This document shows positions 11,330-22,323 of a stretch of DNA of 64,000 bases, piece by piece (within the stretch, counting starts at the first letter, position 1; each line of letters starts with the position of its first letter). The notes beneath the pieces are model-generated. The model made no database searches and was not told the origin of the DNA. It was given only the letters and a program-made list of their open reading frames with translations. The stretch lies in the NCBI GenBank assembly GCA_052327205.1, contig CM126204.1, positions 57,350,001 to 57,414,000 of the forward strand. Direction: 5' to 3'. The translations under genes and the position numbers were made by a program. The DNA comes from Somniosus microcephalus. Lineage: Eukaryota.

Positions 11330-12890
11330 TCATTGCTGGGAGTGGGGTGGGGCAGACGGGGTCAAAGCACCGGTGGTGGCTGCTACTCTCCCCTGGCCAG
11401 TCAGAAGAGACCGTAGGGACTGTAAAAATGACTCGATCGCAGCGGGAGGGATATCTGGCCCTGCCTTTTGGGCTGGGGCTGTGGGATCCTTTCTCTTGTT
11501 ATCCTTCCAGGGATTCTTACAGTCTTTTCTCCAGTGACCGTCTTTCCCGCACCCATAACAATTTAACCTAGCCTGGGAGGGACGGTTCCCCTCCTGGTGC
11601 CACCCTTTCTTACTCTGGCTCCTAGGTTTAACCTCATGGACTTTCCCCTTGGGTTGGGGCGCCTCGCTACACCTCATGTTTCCAAAGGCTACTGTGAGCC
11701 GGCGGATCACCGCTTCTTCGGTGGTCTGGGGGTTTCGGGGGTCAAACCAAGCTGCGACCTGGGCTTGGATCTGGGGTAGGCTGTTTGTCATAAGACAACG
11801 GAGCCAGTGAGTCAATTGGACTGGGTCCAGTGCTGCCCGCCCTGGCATTCCCGGGCATGCGCTCCGGTAGACTGGCCACAGCCTGTCTGCGAACGCCTGC
11901 GGGGACTCCCCTGGGAGCTGCACCGTTCTTTCTACCCGGGTGAACGGACTACCATCATTGAGTCCCATGGCCTCCAATATCTCATTCCTCAGATCCTCAT
12001 AATCCTTCTGCCCCCTTTTGCACTCGCCAGATAGGGTCTGGAGGAGATCACCTCCCAGGGAAAACAGCAGCATTTTTGCTTGCTCTGCGTCATCGCAGTC
12101 ATTAACACAAGCTGCTTGTTCTATCTCCCTGAAGTGCAGTGAGGGGTCTCACTTTTTAGTGAACTTGGGGATGTGGCTAACCATGTCCCTAAGCTGGTGG
12201 GTGCCATACAGCACCACAAACTGATTCTGGATGGCCCCTGGGTCATCGCCATCAACGGGCGGACCATACCTCCATTGTTGGAGGGGGTACACTGGTCCTG
12301 GTCCCGGCCTATCTAGCAGGGCCTGCTGTGCTTCCTCTACCAGCTCATCCTCCACCCCCCTTTGCTGCCAGAGCTCCTGAAAGCTCGGAGCTGTGGGTGG
12401 CGGTCGTGGGACCTCTGATTCCCTAACCAACCTTGTCCTGGGTGTTGCCTGGGGGACGGTTCTATTTGGGTTGCCAGTAAAGTCCGACTGACCTGCTTTC
12501 GGGCTGATAAGACATATCATCCCCTTTGCCCTCTTTAAAGCCACATTCAAGCTTTCTATCTCTTCCCTACAGGGGCCATGATCTGCTTCCTCAAACCTTT
12601 GGTCGCAGGCCAGCTTATACGCTGCCTTTACCTGCCTAACCTTTTCCTCCTGCTCTTTTACTTCTTGTATGAGGCGGGCGTTCTCCTCCCGCACCCTCAT
12701 CTCATTGCTCTTGGCCTCTGCAACTAGGCACTTCAGGTACTCTAACTCGTACCTCGTGTGGCTTTTGCCCTAACTGAACTGGTCCACCAGGTGCTCTATC
12801 TTGGCCTGGTATTCCTCAATCTCCATTTCCTTATCCCAACTCTCTGCTTTAACTTCCCTAAGCCTGCAGGAACCTAACCACAAACAGATC
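11330..12890 (-). pseudogene. Gag: coiled coil, capsid-like region, CCHC knuckle; 5' end lost, two internal stops
   Basis: ORFs 12149-12700 and 11330-12073 share a frame (TGA at 12149-12151; another TAG near 12771). MHR-like QLPGESPQAFADRL; knuckle CYGCGKDGHWRKDC; PTAP, PTAP and PSAP motifs. Confidence 0.88.
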
Positions 12891-12959
12891 AGTTGGATAA
12901 AAAGAAAACCAATAACTGCTGCTCACTCCAGACCCAGACCACTGTCTGCTACATCGCAT

Positions 12960-13622
12960 TGTAGCGGTTCGTGTAGATCGCCACTAAATAAGAGAGTTTG
13001 ACTTCGACGAACTATAAATAAGTTGTTTATTTACAGGAACAGACTAATTACAGCAGGTAAGATGGCTGACTGTAGGAGCACCGTGGTGTAGGTCTTGTCC
13101 CAGCGGGGACTCCACGAGGACTGAGTTCGCAGTCCTGTGGGGAGCGTGATGACGTCATCGCGTTTGTGTTGTGACGTCATCACGTTGCTCGCGTTTCCCG
13201 TGCTTAGGGCGTCACGTGATGCGCGTCGTTGCGTCACTGGCCGTTGAGGCCGAGGTCGCGAGGCCGGGCTGTGCCGGTGCTTGCCGCGGGAGTGGAAGAT
13301 CGCGTCGCTCCCATCGGCTGGCCGTTGAGGCCGAAGATGCTAGGCCGGGCTGTGCCGGTGCTTGTCGCGGGAGCGGAAGATCGCGTCGCTCCCGTCGGCT
13401 GGCCGTTGAGGCCGAAGACGCTAGGCCGGGCTGTGCCGGCGCACGCACATCACGTTGTACGTGACGTGACGTCAGCATGCTAGGGCGTGTCTTAAAGGAG
13501 CAATGGCCCCAACAGGTAAGTTAAAAGGGCAACGGCCCCAAAAGGTAAGTTAAACATACAGTAAGTTAAGTTAAAGGGAATTATGTGTCTCAATGTAAGG
13601 GACAACCAGTGGTACCGCCACA
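12960..13622 (-). repeat. 3' LTR of the nested element, with internal GC-rich tandem repeats
   Basis: Carries one more internal repeat unit (CTGGCCGTTGAGGCCG... starts at about 13238, 13318, 13399) and one more short duplication than the 5' LTR. Confidence 0.93.
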
Positions 13623-15118
13623 AATGCCCCCCCCCAGAATTCGCTTTAACGAAAGTCCAAGGATGAGATGGTCTGACGAGCTGGTGGTCACGGCGGACGA
13701 GCTGGTGGTCACGGCGGTCGTGCTGTCTCGACTTGGTAGGCGAGGTATGAAGATGCTGCTCGTGAGCGGATCCTTACGCGCGTTGTGGCGAATAAAACGT
13801 ATCCGTCAGGCGAAGGACTGTGGAGACGTGCGAAACAGCAGGCCTTGTCAGAGTGACGGGCAGGTTGGGCGGACGCGGGCGATGTCTCCGTTGATGTTGA
13901 AACAAGTCCTTGTTCCGACGAAATCTGCAGGAACGCCGACGGGCGATCCAGGAGGACTTGACTGGTGAGGTCGGTGAACTCGCCGACAGGTGAGCGAAAC
14001 CTTTGGGAGGCTGGAATGCACGGAACGGTGCGTGCCATAGTGCTACGATGATAACACAACGGAGGGTGAAGAGTTGCTGCGTTGATCAGTGATCGGTGAG
14101 GCCAGCAACTTTCACGTGGCTGATCGCGGCCGCAGGATGCCCGTTGGACCCGTCCTCTGTGTGCAGCTTCAGTAGACGTTTGCGTTTGGTAAAGGGAAAA
14201 CTGGATAAAGGGCAGCAACGGTCCAGGTTGTTGTTGCTTTCGGGCGGGGTAAACTCTGCCTGGAGGGCGTCAACACTTGTAACAGTTGTAGATTTAGGAG
14301 AAAACAGCCGGGAGGGCGGCATGCTTTTGTTCACGCCAAATCGTGTAGTAGGTAACACAACCAGCAGGCTGAAGGGCTGGTGCGTCTTCGGCGGAGAAGG
14401 GGTCATCGTTTCGCATGAGGGATGGGTCGTCGTGGTTCGCGAGGGATGGGTCCTCGTGCACGAGGAGTGCGTCCTCATGTTTCACAGGGGTAAGTCCTCG
14501 TGGTATCCCCGCGGGGCGCGCTCCGATCTTGTGGGCCCGAACATGCTGTACCCCATGCTTGGAGAGATGTATACTTGCTGTTGCTTTGGACATAGAGGCG
14601 GACGATCCGTGTGGCGGTAGAAGAGTCGAATATGGAGACCGTGAGCACGTGAGTGGTCTGTGCCGCATCGATGGTCTCGGCGAACAGGGCTTCTTCCTTC
14701 ATAAAGCACGAGGGAGACCGTGGCTCCCTGGATTGTGGTAGTGACAGCAGAACGGCTGATGCTTCCATAGCGTGCTTCGTTTGTGAAAGACGTTCACAAA
14801 CCCACCAATTGTAGCGCTGGTGGACGACGGTTGCCGTTGGTCGTGCTCTACATCTGTGAAATTGTTCGTGAAAAACGGGCTCACCTCCAAGCTGCGCTTC
14901 CATTGCGAAGACGTTCGCAAAGACGGGGTCGCTTTTGGTGGAATCGGTATTAGACGGTTGCTGTTCCGTGGTTGTTCGTCGGTTGTGCGTTGGTTGTCTT
15001 GTGGGAAGACGAGGGTCAGGCTGCGCGTTGCTACCGTGAAAATCATTCACGGATACGGGTTCACCAATTGTAGCGTTGGAATTGATGAGCTCCCGTACTC
15101 ACGTCGTGGGGTCACCAA

Positions 15119-15680
15119 TGTAGCGGTTCGTGTAGATCACCACTAAATAAGAGAGTTTGACTTCGAACTATAAATAAGTTGTTTATTTACAGGAACGGAC
15201 TAATTACAGCAGGTAAGATGGCAGGTAAGATGGCTGACTGTAGGAGCACCGTGGTGTAGGTCTTGTCCCAGCGGGGACTCCACGAGGACTGAGTTCGCAG
15301 CCCTGTGGGGAGCGTGATGACGTCATCGCGTTTGTGTTGTGACGTCATCACGTTGCTCGCGTTTCCCGCACTTAGGGCGTCACGTGATGCGCGTCGTTGC
15401 GTTGCTGGCCATTGAGGCCGAGGTCACGAGGCCGGGCTGTGCTGGTGCTTGCCGCGGGAGCGGAAGATCGCGTCGCTCCCGTCGGCTGGCCGTTGAGGCC
15501 AAAGACACTAGGCCGGGCTGTGCCGGCGCACGCACATCACGTTGTACGTGACGTGACGTCCGCGCGCTAGGGCGCATCTTAAAGGGGCAATGGCCCCAAC
15601 AGGTAAGTTAAACATACAGTAAGGTAAGTTAAAGGGAATTATGTGTCTCAATGTAAGGGACAACCAGTGGTATCGCCACA
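15119..15680 (-). repeat. 5' LTR of the nested element
   Basis: Direct repeat of 12960-13622, about 100 bp shorter. Confidence 0.93.
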
Positions 15681-15718
15681 GCATACTGTTGCCGACGGTC
15701 CTGCTGCGGTCGTCATTT

Positions 15719-16956
15719 TTTAGAAAGGGGGGGTTAGGTTAGGTGGGGAAGGTGGGGTGTGATTTTGGTTGCCCCTGGGGTTTGTCTCTGGCCAGTCAGA
15801 AGTATGTGAGCTGCTCCAGGCCCCGTGCGGTTTCGAATCGCTCCCCTTTCTGGTTCTGACTGCCGGACTTATTTCAGTAGCGATGTAGACAAAACGAGAC
15901 TCGTGGTTGGGTGCAAAGAAGACCAGTATTTATTGAAATAAAGAATAAATTGAAAATAATGATGAATACAGCACACTTTTACTTAATACAGCACACCTTT
16001 GCTTAATACAGCACACCTTTACTTAATACAGCACACGTTTGCTTAATACAGCACACTTTTACTTAATACAGCACACTTTTGCTTAATGGGGAGGAGAAAC
16101 GGACACATCGAGGGAAAATTGACTAAAATTACAATTTAACAAAATTCCCCTTTAATTCCCACCCCTTATACCTATCTAGGTTGCCTTGTAATGGGCCAAA
16201 AAGCTTATGCTCACCAGTGAATGCCTGCTCCGTGCCCTTGCGGTCTGTCTTAGATTCTTCACCGCCCCGAAGTAGAGATACCCCAGTAATTCAAAAGTAA
16301 CTGCTGGTATTCCACTTCTTTTGGCGGGCTGTTGCGCTGTTCCTCTTGTAGGCAGGGCATCAGAAGCAAGGTGGCAGAGAGAGAGAGAATGGCTTCCTGA
16401 GGGGCTATCTTTATACCCCATTGGGAGCCATTATCTTCGCACCCAAATCTGGATGTATCTGGGCTATACAAAAGGGACCAATCTGTCCCCATTGACTGTA
16501 ATGGGTTTGAATGTGTTTCCCATTCGTTTAAACTGGTTTGTGCTCAGTTTAAAATGTCTCAAGTGCTGGACAAACAAATCCTTAAGTGTTCAGTCAACAG
16601 CACTCAAGTGCTTTGTAAACAATCCATTGCCTTGTGGTCACCGCCCAACCACAACTGATTGACAGCTTCAAGTGCTTAAGCCCTTGAGTCAACATTGTAG
16701 AGAGCTCGTGTAAACAAACAATCCTTTTGTTCCTCTGTTGAACTTCCTAAACCGCACTTGATTGACAGTTTTAAGTACCTCAAGTACTTTAGTCAGTGAT
16801 GGGAGATGTCCAGACAGGCTGCATTTGTCTTCTGCCACGAGGCCTGACAGCCATTTTGATGCCCTGGGTTTTTAAGGTACATTCCAACCAGGTTTTCTTT
16901 TAATCAAATAATCTTCGGGGGCTGCAGAAATTTCCAAAATTTTGCGAAACCTTACA
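15719..16956 (-). repeat. 5' LTR of the retrovirus-like element
   Basis: Repeat of 7684-8904; left terminus mutated from TG to TT; ends CTTACA followed by TSD CTCG. Confidence 0.93.
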
Positions 16957-17285
16957 CTCGTCAAGGCTTCTTCGGCAGCACCTCCCAAACCTGCGACTTC
17001 TTCCAGCTCGAAAAAGGGCAGCAGGTGCATGGGAACACCACTACCTCCAAGTTCCCCTCCAAGTCACACACCATCTTGAATTAGAAGTATATCGCCAATC
17101 CTTCATCATTGCTGGGTCAAAATTCTGGAACTCCCTACCTAACAGCAGTGTGGGAGTACCTTCACCACACGGACTGCAGCGGTTCAAGAAGGTGGCTCAC
17201 CACCACTTTCTCAAGGGCAACTAGGGATGGGCAATAAATGCTGGCCTTGCCAGCGGTGTCCACTTCCCATAGCGAATAAAAAAGT
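16957..17285 (+). mobile_element. LINE family B, 3' part resumed after the LTR insertion
   Basis: Continues SRLLRQHLPN...; ends CAAGGGCAACTAGGGATGGGCAATAAATGCTGG...GAATAAAAAA. Confidence 0.88.
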
Positions 17286-19202
17286 TCGTAGCCATGAGGT
17301 GAGAGTGGCTTCTGAATTTGCAGAAAAGACTTGCAAAATCTAGACACCTAAATCTGTGCTCAAAATGCACTCAGCAAGAGCCTTTCCATTAGGAATGTAA
17401 GCAGGTGTCATGTGGCAGTATTTATTGTGCTTTCCATGCTCTGCAGTAATGACCTCGCTCAATGACCACTGAGCTTCTGCCTCAGCTTGACAGACGTGGT
17501 TCCCGAGCTGCGTGATTCCCGTGGTCATGCAGTGAAATTTAAAATGTCTGGTTAAAAATACGGTTAAGGGTCTGACAACACGGTAATAATGATCTACATT
17601 AGGTCACCCGCCTCTGCCGTGCGGGTCCGTGCCGTGCTGGCAAACGCACCCGAGTTAAAGACGTGAGGTGGCGGGATGACAGCGGGTTCCCGGTGTGCTC
17701 CGATTTATTCTGACTTTTACTCCCAACCTGCCTCCAATCCCGCATGGCAGCATGAATATTCGGGCCATTGTAAACATTAAAAATAATTTTTTATTGAACA
17801 ACATCACTGGGCTAAGTCAGTTTTAGAGTCAGGTTTTTAATTTGCTCTGGTCCTGTCGATGCATTTGTTTGTTTCTCTGTATGTTGCTGCTGATGTCAGT
17901 TGTTTATTTAAACTATATATGTGTATATATTATGTATATATATGAAAACTGTGGAGTGTCATATTTCACCTTTAAATTGGGATTTTAACAAATCTTATAT
18001 CAAATCACACAAGAAAAGTACTTTTTTTTTCGTAAATGCAGAAATACCTTTTTTCAGCGTTACTTGCTCAGCTGGCTTTGGACACTTTCCAGAAATCAGT
18101 AAATGAGCTATTAGGTTCCACTTAAACTGGCCCAGTTAAAAAGGTCAGGGATCTAATCTGATATGCCAATTATTTAGCCTTCGGGCCAGAAAGAATACAC
18201 ATTTAGGTTTCCTAATGCATCTGATTTGTAATGTACCCTTCCTGTATTGTAACATTTATTGCTTACATCACATCAAGGTCTGGAAGAGACCATACGTGCT
18301 CTTAACATATTTGTGACACTAATGTTGCCTGTAGCCAAAATGAAAAAGTATCATATATCGTAAACTGTATTATTAATCGTTAGTTTGACAGCATGACTAG
18401 CCCTCAGTAATTGTGCAATTTCAAACGCACTCATTTTCTTTTCTTGGTATTCACATCTGCTCACATTGTCCTTTTTAAACTGTAGTTACAGCTCAGGCTA
18501 GTCATTTTCATTTTCTTTGTCTTATGCTGTTTGCTGATGTAATCCAACTGCATCACTGTTGTTATGACAACAATTGTAAAGTGGAGCAGCTGGCTAAAAA
18601 TGGCAATGAATAGGGTGACTGGAGTAAACTTTTTGACCCAAGTTGAAAATCAAACAAAAACAGCTTTTATGGAGAGATTGCAGTATTTTTGATGTTATTT
18701 TTCTTAAAGAGAAATTGCCTGATTTTGTTTTAAATGGCCTGGTTTTTACTACTTTGTTTTAGAAAATGGTGCTTAAATCTTTTCTTGAGTGTCCATGCAC
18801 AGCATTTATTTTGATACTCAATTTGATTTATTTCAAAGTCACTGTGTTGTTTATTAATTAATCTCTCAGAACATTTTTCATGGGAAAAATATAGTTCTTC
18901 TCAAATTTTCCACACACAGATTTTATTTTATTAGTCAATCTGATCTGTTTCATAGTTGCTGTACAGTGTAAATATTAAGTTATATATGCACATGCACAGT
19001 AATGATTTTAAAAAATCTATAATTTACTATTAATATAATTTTGTAATGCCCAAGATCACACGTCATGTAAATGATATTCTCTCAGGCCCAATGTAATGCC
19101 ACCTTTCAGCAGTATTTTAAGGTCTCAAAATAAAACTTCCATTACACACCCTTTTTAACAGGAACCAAGCACACACAATACATATTTACTAAAAAGGTAA
19201 GT

Positions 19203-19308
19203 AACCACACGGACTGCAGCGGTTCAAGAAAGCAACTCACCAGCACCTTCTCAAGGGCAATTAGGGATGGGCAATAAATGCACATCCCATATACGAATTT
19301 AAAAAAAT
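19203..19308 (+). mobile_element. short 3' tail fragment of LINE family B
   Basis: CCACACGGACTGCAGCGGTTCAAGAA...AAGGGCAATTAGGGATGGGCAATAAATG matches 17163-17240. Confidence 0.85.
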
Positions 19309-20779
19309 TATATTTGATAAGAAAAAAAAAATCATCTTAAAAAAAGCACCTGATATCGCTCAGTGAATTTAAGTCAGCAGTTCAATATCAGGGTTTATTA
19401 TCGTGTGCACAAATCTCTTAGCTCATTCTTTCAGTTTATATCATCATCAGGAATCCTAGACTGGATAACAGTCAGACAATGTATGCAAAGTTGCCTTCTC
19501 CACTATAAATGTTATTAAATATAACCCAAGATCATTGCAGTTCAAACCACTTGGCACAGTACACATTGATTCAGCTCGATTGCAGACGGCTATACTCATT
19601 GGCATTGAGCATCATATTCACTGCTAGCAAAAAAGAGATAGTACCCAACATGTGATTAAAATCATCCCCACTAATTCCATCTATATTTTAAATATTTTTC
19701 GGCTGACAATTTTTTCCCATCCTCTCCTGAAGGTACTAATCTGCTGGGCTACCATTCCACAGGCATCAGCTCCCTTGTGGTGCTTCACTGAAGTTTTCAT
19801 TTGTCAGCTGAGATGGTGAGCATTGTCAGGCTGTTCAACGGTGACGACATCACATCCAAGCATCATTTTGTAATCACCCGACATCCACACATGCTCAGTT
19901 ATACATTTTATAAAGAATAGGTTTGAATGTGTTTCAAGGATATAATCCATCTTTGGTATAAGTCAAGATGTTAAGTTACTGTTACAGTTTCTATAATCTT
20001 CTATTTACTACTGCCGTATAACACAGTCTGGTCTTTGTATTCTGATAAATGGAATTCATTGAAAGTCATCCATTACACACAGATTTTGGGGCTGAAATTT
20101 TGAGAGCCTTGTTCTGCTGGTAGAGATATCAGTGGAGCAGAACTTCTGGCTGTCCAGATGCTACGAAGCAGATCTTGTCTCCAGTCCGGCATGGGGTTAT
20201 CTGCATGGATGAGGTAAGCTGTAGGCATTTGCAATGGCCTGCTCTGATAGAGGCCTGGAAAACTAGAGCAGCACCATGCCACGCAAAGGCAGAAGAAAGG
20301 TCCAGGAAGGGTCCAATGATGATGGTGGAAAGAATTCTCTTTGGTTTCTGAGCCATTTGTGCTTCTTTGCCTGTTGAAGGCTTGGGGCCTTTCAAAAGGT
20401 CTCAGCAGTCCTCACACCAGCTCTTTGTTGGCAAGAATTCTGTTGAGGCCTTCTAAGAGTCTACTGGGTGAAATTCCCCCAGATTTGTCCCTTTGAAATG
20501 GGAGGGGGAGACAGGCCATGAACCCCCGACTGGAAAATGGCTGCAAATAAGAAATGGCGTGAAATTTGGTGGATCTGGGTTTCTCCTAAATTCTGGCCAT
20601 AGGTGTACGATCTGCCCACTCTCTGGCCTGGCTCTGTAATGGAATTTTAGGGCCTTTATCTTTTTCTTATGTGTCATTCACATTTAAAAAAAAATGAAAT
20701 TAGGTGATTCATGTGTCCAAAATTCTTTTGTTTGATTTATAAATGTATCTCCTTTTTCCATGATTCCACATTGACAATA

Positions 20780-22323
20780 GGGCTGGATTTTCGTTCAGGA
20801 GTCGGGTAGGAGGCGGGACTACAACGTTCGGGGTTGTAGTCCTGCCCCCATCGAGATGTGGCCAATCCACGTGATTTTAACTTGATTGACCTTGTTGAGC
20901 CTGCCCAGTGGGCTCAGCAGGCCAATTAAGGGCCGCCCGGCATCAGGTGACATCACAGACTGAAATTTCATCTGTCAAGAGGTTTTGACAGATGAAATAT
21001 CAGCGTTTCACAGCTGTTTGAAGCTGTGAAACACTGAGGCCTAGAAATTCAGTGGCGCCCCATTTGGGGCGCCAGCCTTGCCAGGGCGCTAAGAGTGGCG
21101 CCCCGGAAGTAGTTGCGGCCGCCCGCCGGAAATTGACTTTGCGCGCCCCAGAGGGAAGCGCTGTGCTACTAGAGGCGCCCTGCATCCCTCTTGGAGCACT
21201 GCAACTCAATATCGCTGCACAACGTGCTACAACACCACACGCTGCAGCACGGTGCGCTGCGGTACTGCAGGCCTTCCTCCCCTTCTTAAAGGGGAGGGGC
21301 CTGCTGCAGCACGATCAAAGATCGCGAGTGCCGGCAAAAGAGCCCGGGCACTTGGAACACAGCCGGCACTCCACGGGGGGGGGGGGGGGGCTCAGGAGGC
21401 CGGGGACAGCGGCGCGGAGAGGTGCTGGCAGGCGGCCAGCAAAAAAAATGGCCGCCCCGCACCTCAGCGCCTCTACCGCCGCAGGTAGGCCCCCCTGAAC
21501 CGGTCGCAAATAGCGACTGGCGTTAAAGCAGGGGGCGCAACAAAATTTTGCGATCGGGGCGGTAGCAGGGCGCTGCGCACACCGATGACATCATCGGTAG
21601 CGACGCAGCGCTAACGGCTAGCGCCGCCATTAGCATCCCGCTAAATTCAGCGGGAGGCGTGGCCAGTGGCTTCCGACCCACTTAACTCCCTCTTAAGGTG
21701 CTAACGAGTGGTGCAGCCCACTGAATTTCTAGGCCTGACAGTCTTACTTCTAACCTGAGTCCTTCTCCACAGACTCAGTTAGAAATCTCTCCTGCACAGA
21801 AAGCAGAAGGCTGTCACTTTTGACAGTTCGCAGCCATTCTGCTTTCTGTGCCGGTGAGGTGAGGGACTCCCGAGACCTAAAGGAAGGAAGACTGAAAAGG
21901 TAAGAAAAGGTAATTTAAACTTCTTTAAACACTTTAGACACACCAAACACACTTACCTTTGCACTCATGCACACATCACTCACCTGAACACCGACATCTC
22001 GACCCCTCCAAGTCCTTCAACCCGATGGCCCAGCTCGCAAACTTGGCGTGGTTTGGAGCTGTCAGGAATCCCACACTTCAGCATTAAAAATAGGGATTAG
22101 GCTAAAAACTGCCTGTTAACTACCTGTTAACAGGCAGTTAATTGGCACTAATCCCTTCCCACCTCGGGTAGGCAGATCCCAGTGCGGGGTGGGTACCCGC
22201 CTCCTTTGAAACTGGCATGGAGGCGGGTTTGGGTGCGGGATGGGGTCAGGACCTCTGATTTCGGGATTTTAACCCCCCACACGCCGCCAATCCCGCCTGC
22301 ACGGCCCAATGAAAATCCTGCCC
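20780..22323. mobile_element. Harbinger-type MITE containing a nested MITE
   Basis: Termini GGGCTGGATTTTC...GAAAATCCTGCCC; related copy at 48598-49311. TSD is not clean. Confidence 0.8.
21038..21735. mobile_element. young GC-rich Harbinger MITE
   Basis: Perfect 18-bp TIR GGCCTAGAAATTCAGTGG / CCACTGAATTTCTAGGCC; 3-bp TSD TGA (21035-21037 / 21736-21738). Confidence 0.93.

Larger units (their letters stand above)
12960..15680 (-). mobile_element. Nested non-autonomous Gypsy-derived LTR element (TRIM/LARD-like)
   Basis: LTRs 12960-13622 and 15119-15680 (TGTAGCGG...CGCCACA); TSD GCAT (12956-12959 / 15681-15684); tRNA-Trp-type PBS TGGTGACCCC(AC)GACGT at about 15101-15117; G-run PPT at 13626-13637; 1.5-kb interior has only decayed gag-like traces. 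Confidence 0.92.
7684..16956 (-). mobile_element. Non-autonomous retrovirus-like LTR element (gag + protease; no RT/IN/env) with about 1.2-kb LTRs
   Basis: LTRs 7684-8904 and about 15719-16956; 4-bp TSD CTCG (7680-7683 / 16957-16960); PPT TAGGGAGGAC at 8905-8914; degenerate PBS TGACGACCGCAGCAGG at about 15700-15715; gag and DTGAS protease inside. Confidence 0.93.
1..17766. mobile_element. PIF/Harbinger transposon A (left end outside window), host of several nested insertions
   Basis: Myb-partner gene remnant (+) at 1-164 and 5207-5760 converges on a HARBI1-type transposase (-) at about 6070-7261. Element-like sequence resumes after the nested LINE and ends in GAATATTCGGGCC (to 17766), which resembles the other Harbinger TIRs in the window. 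The right boundary is inferred. Confidence 0.7.

Noticed and set aside
13171-13483. Repeat-containing ORFs on both strands
   Set aside because: They fall within GC-rich tandem repeats of an LTR, and unit number differs between the two LTRs.
20073-20677. Short ORFs as host exons
   Set aside because: No recognisable domain or convincing splice-site pair; bounded by Harbinger-like TIR fragments, so more likely old MITE debris.
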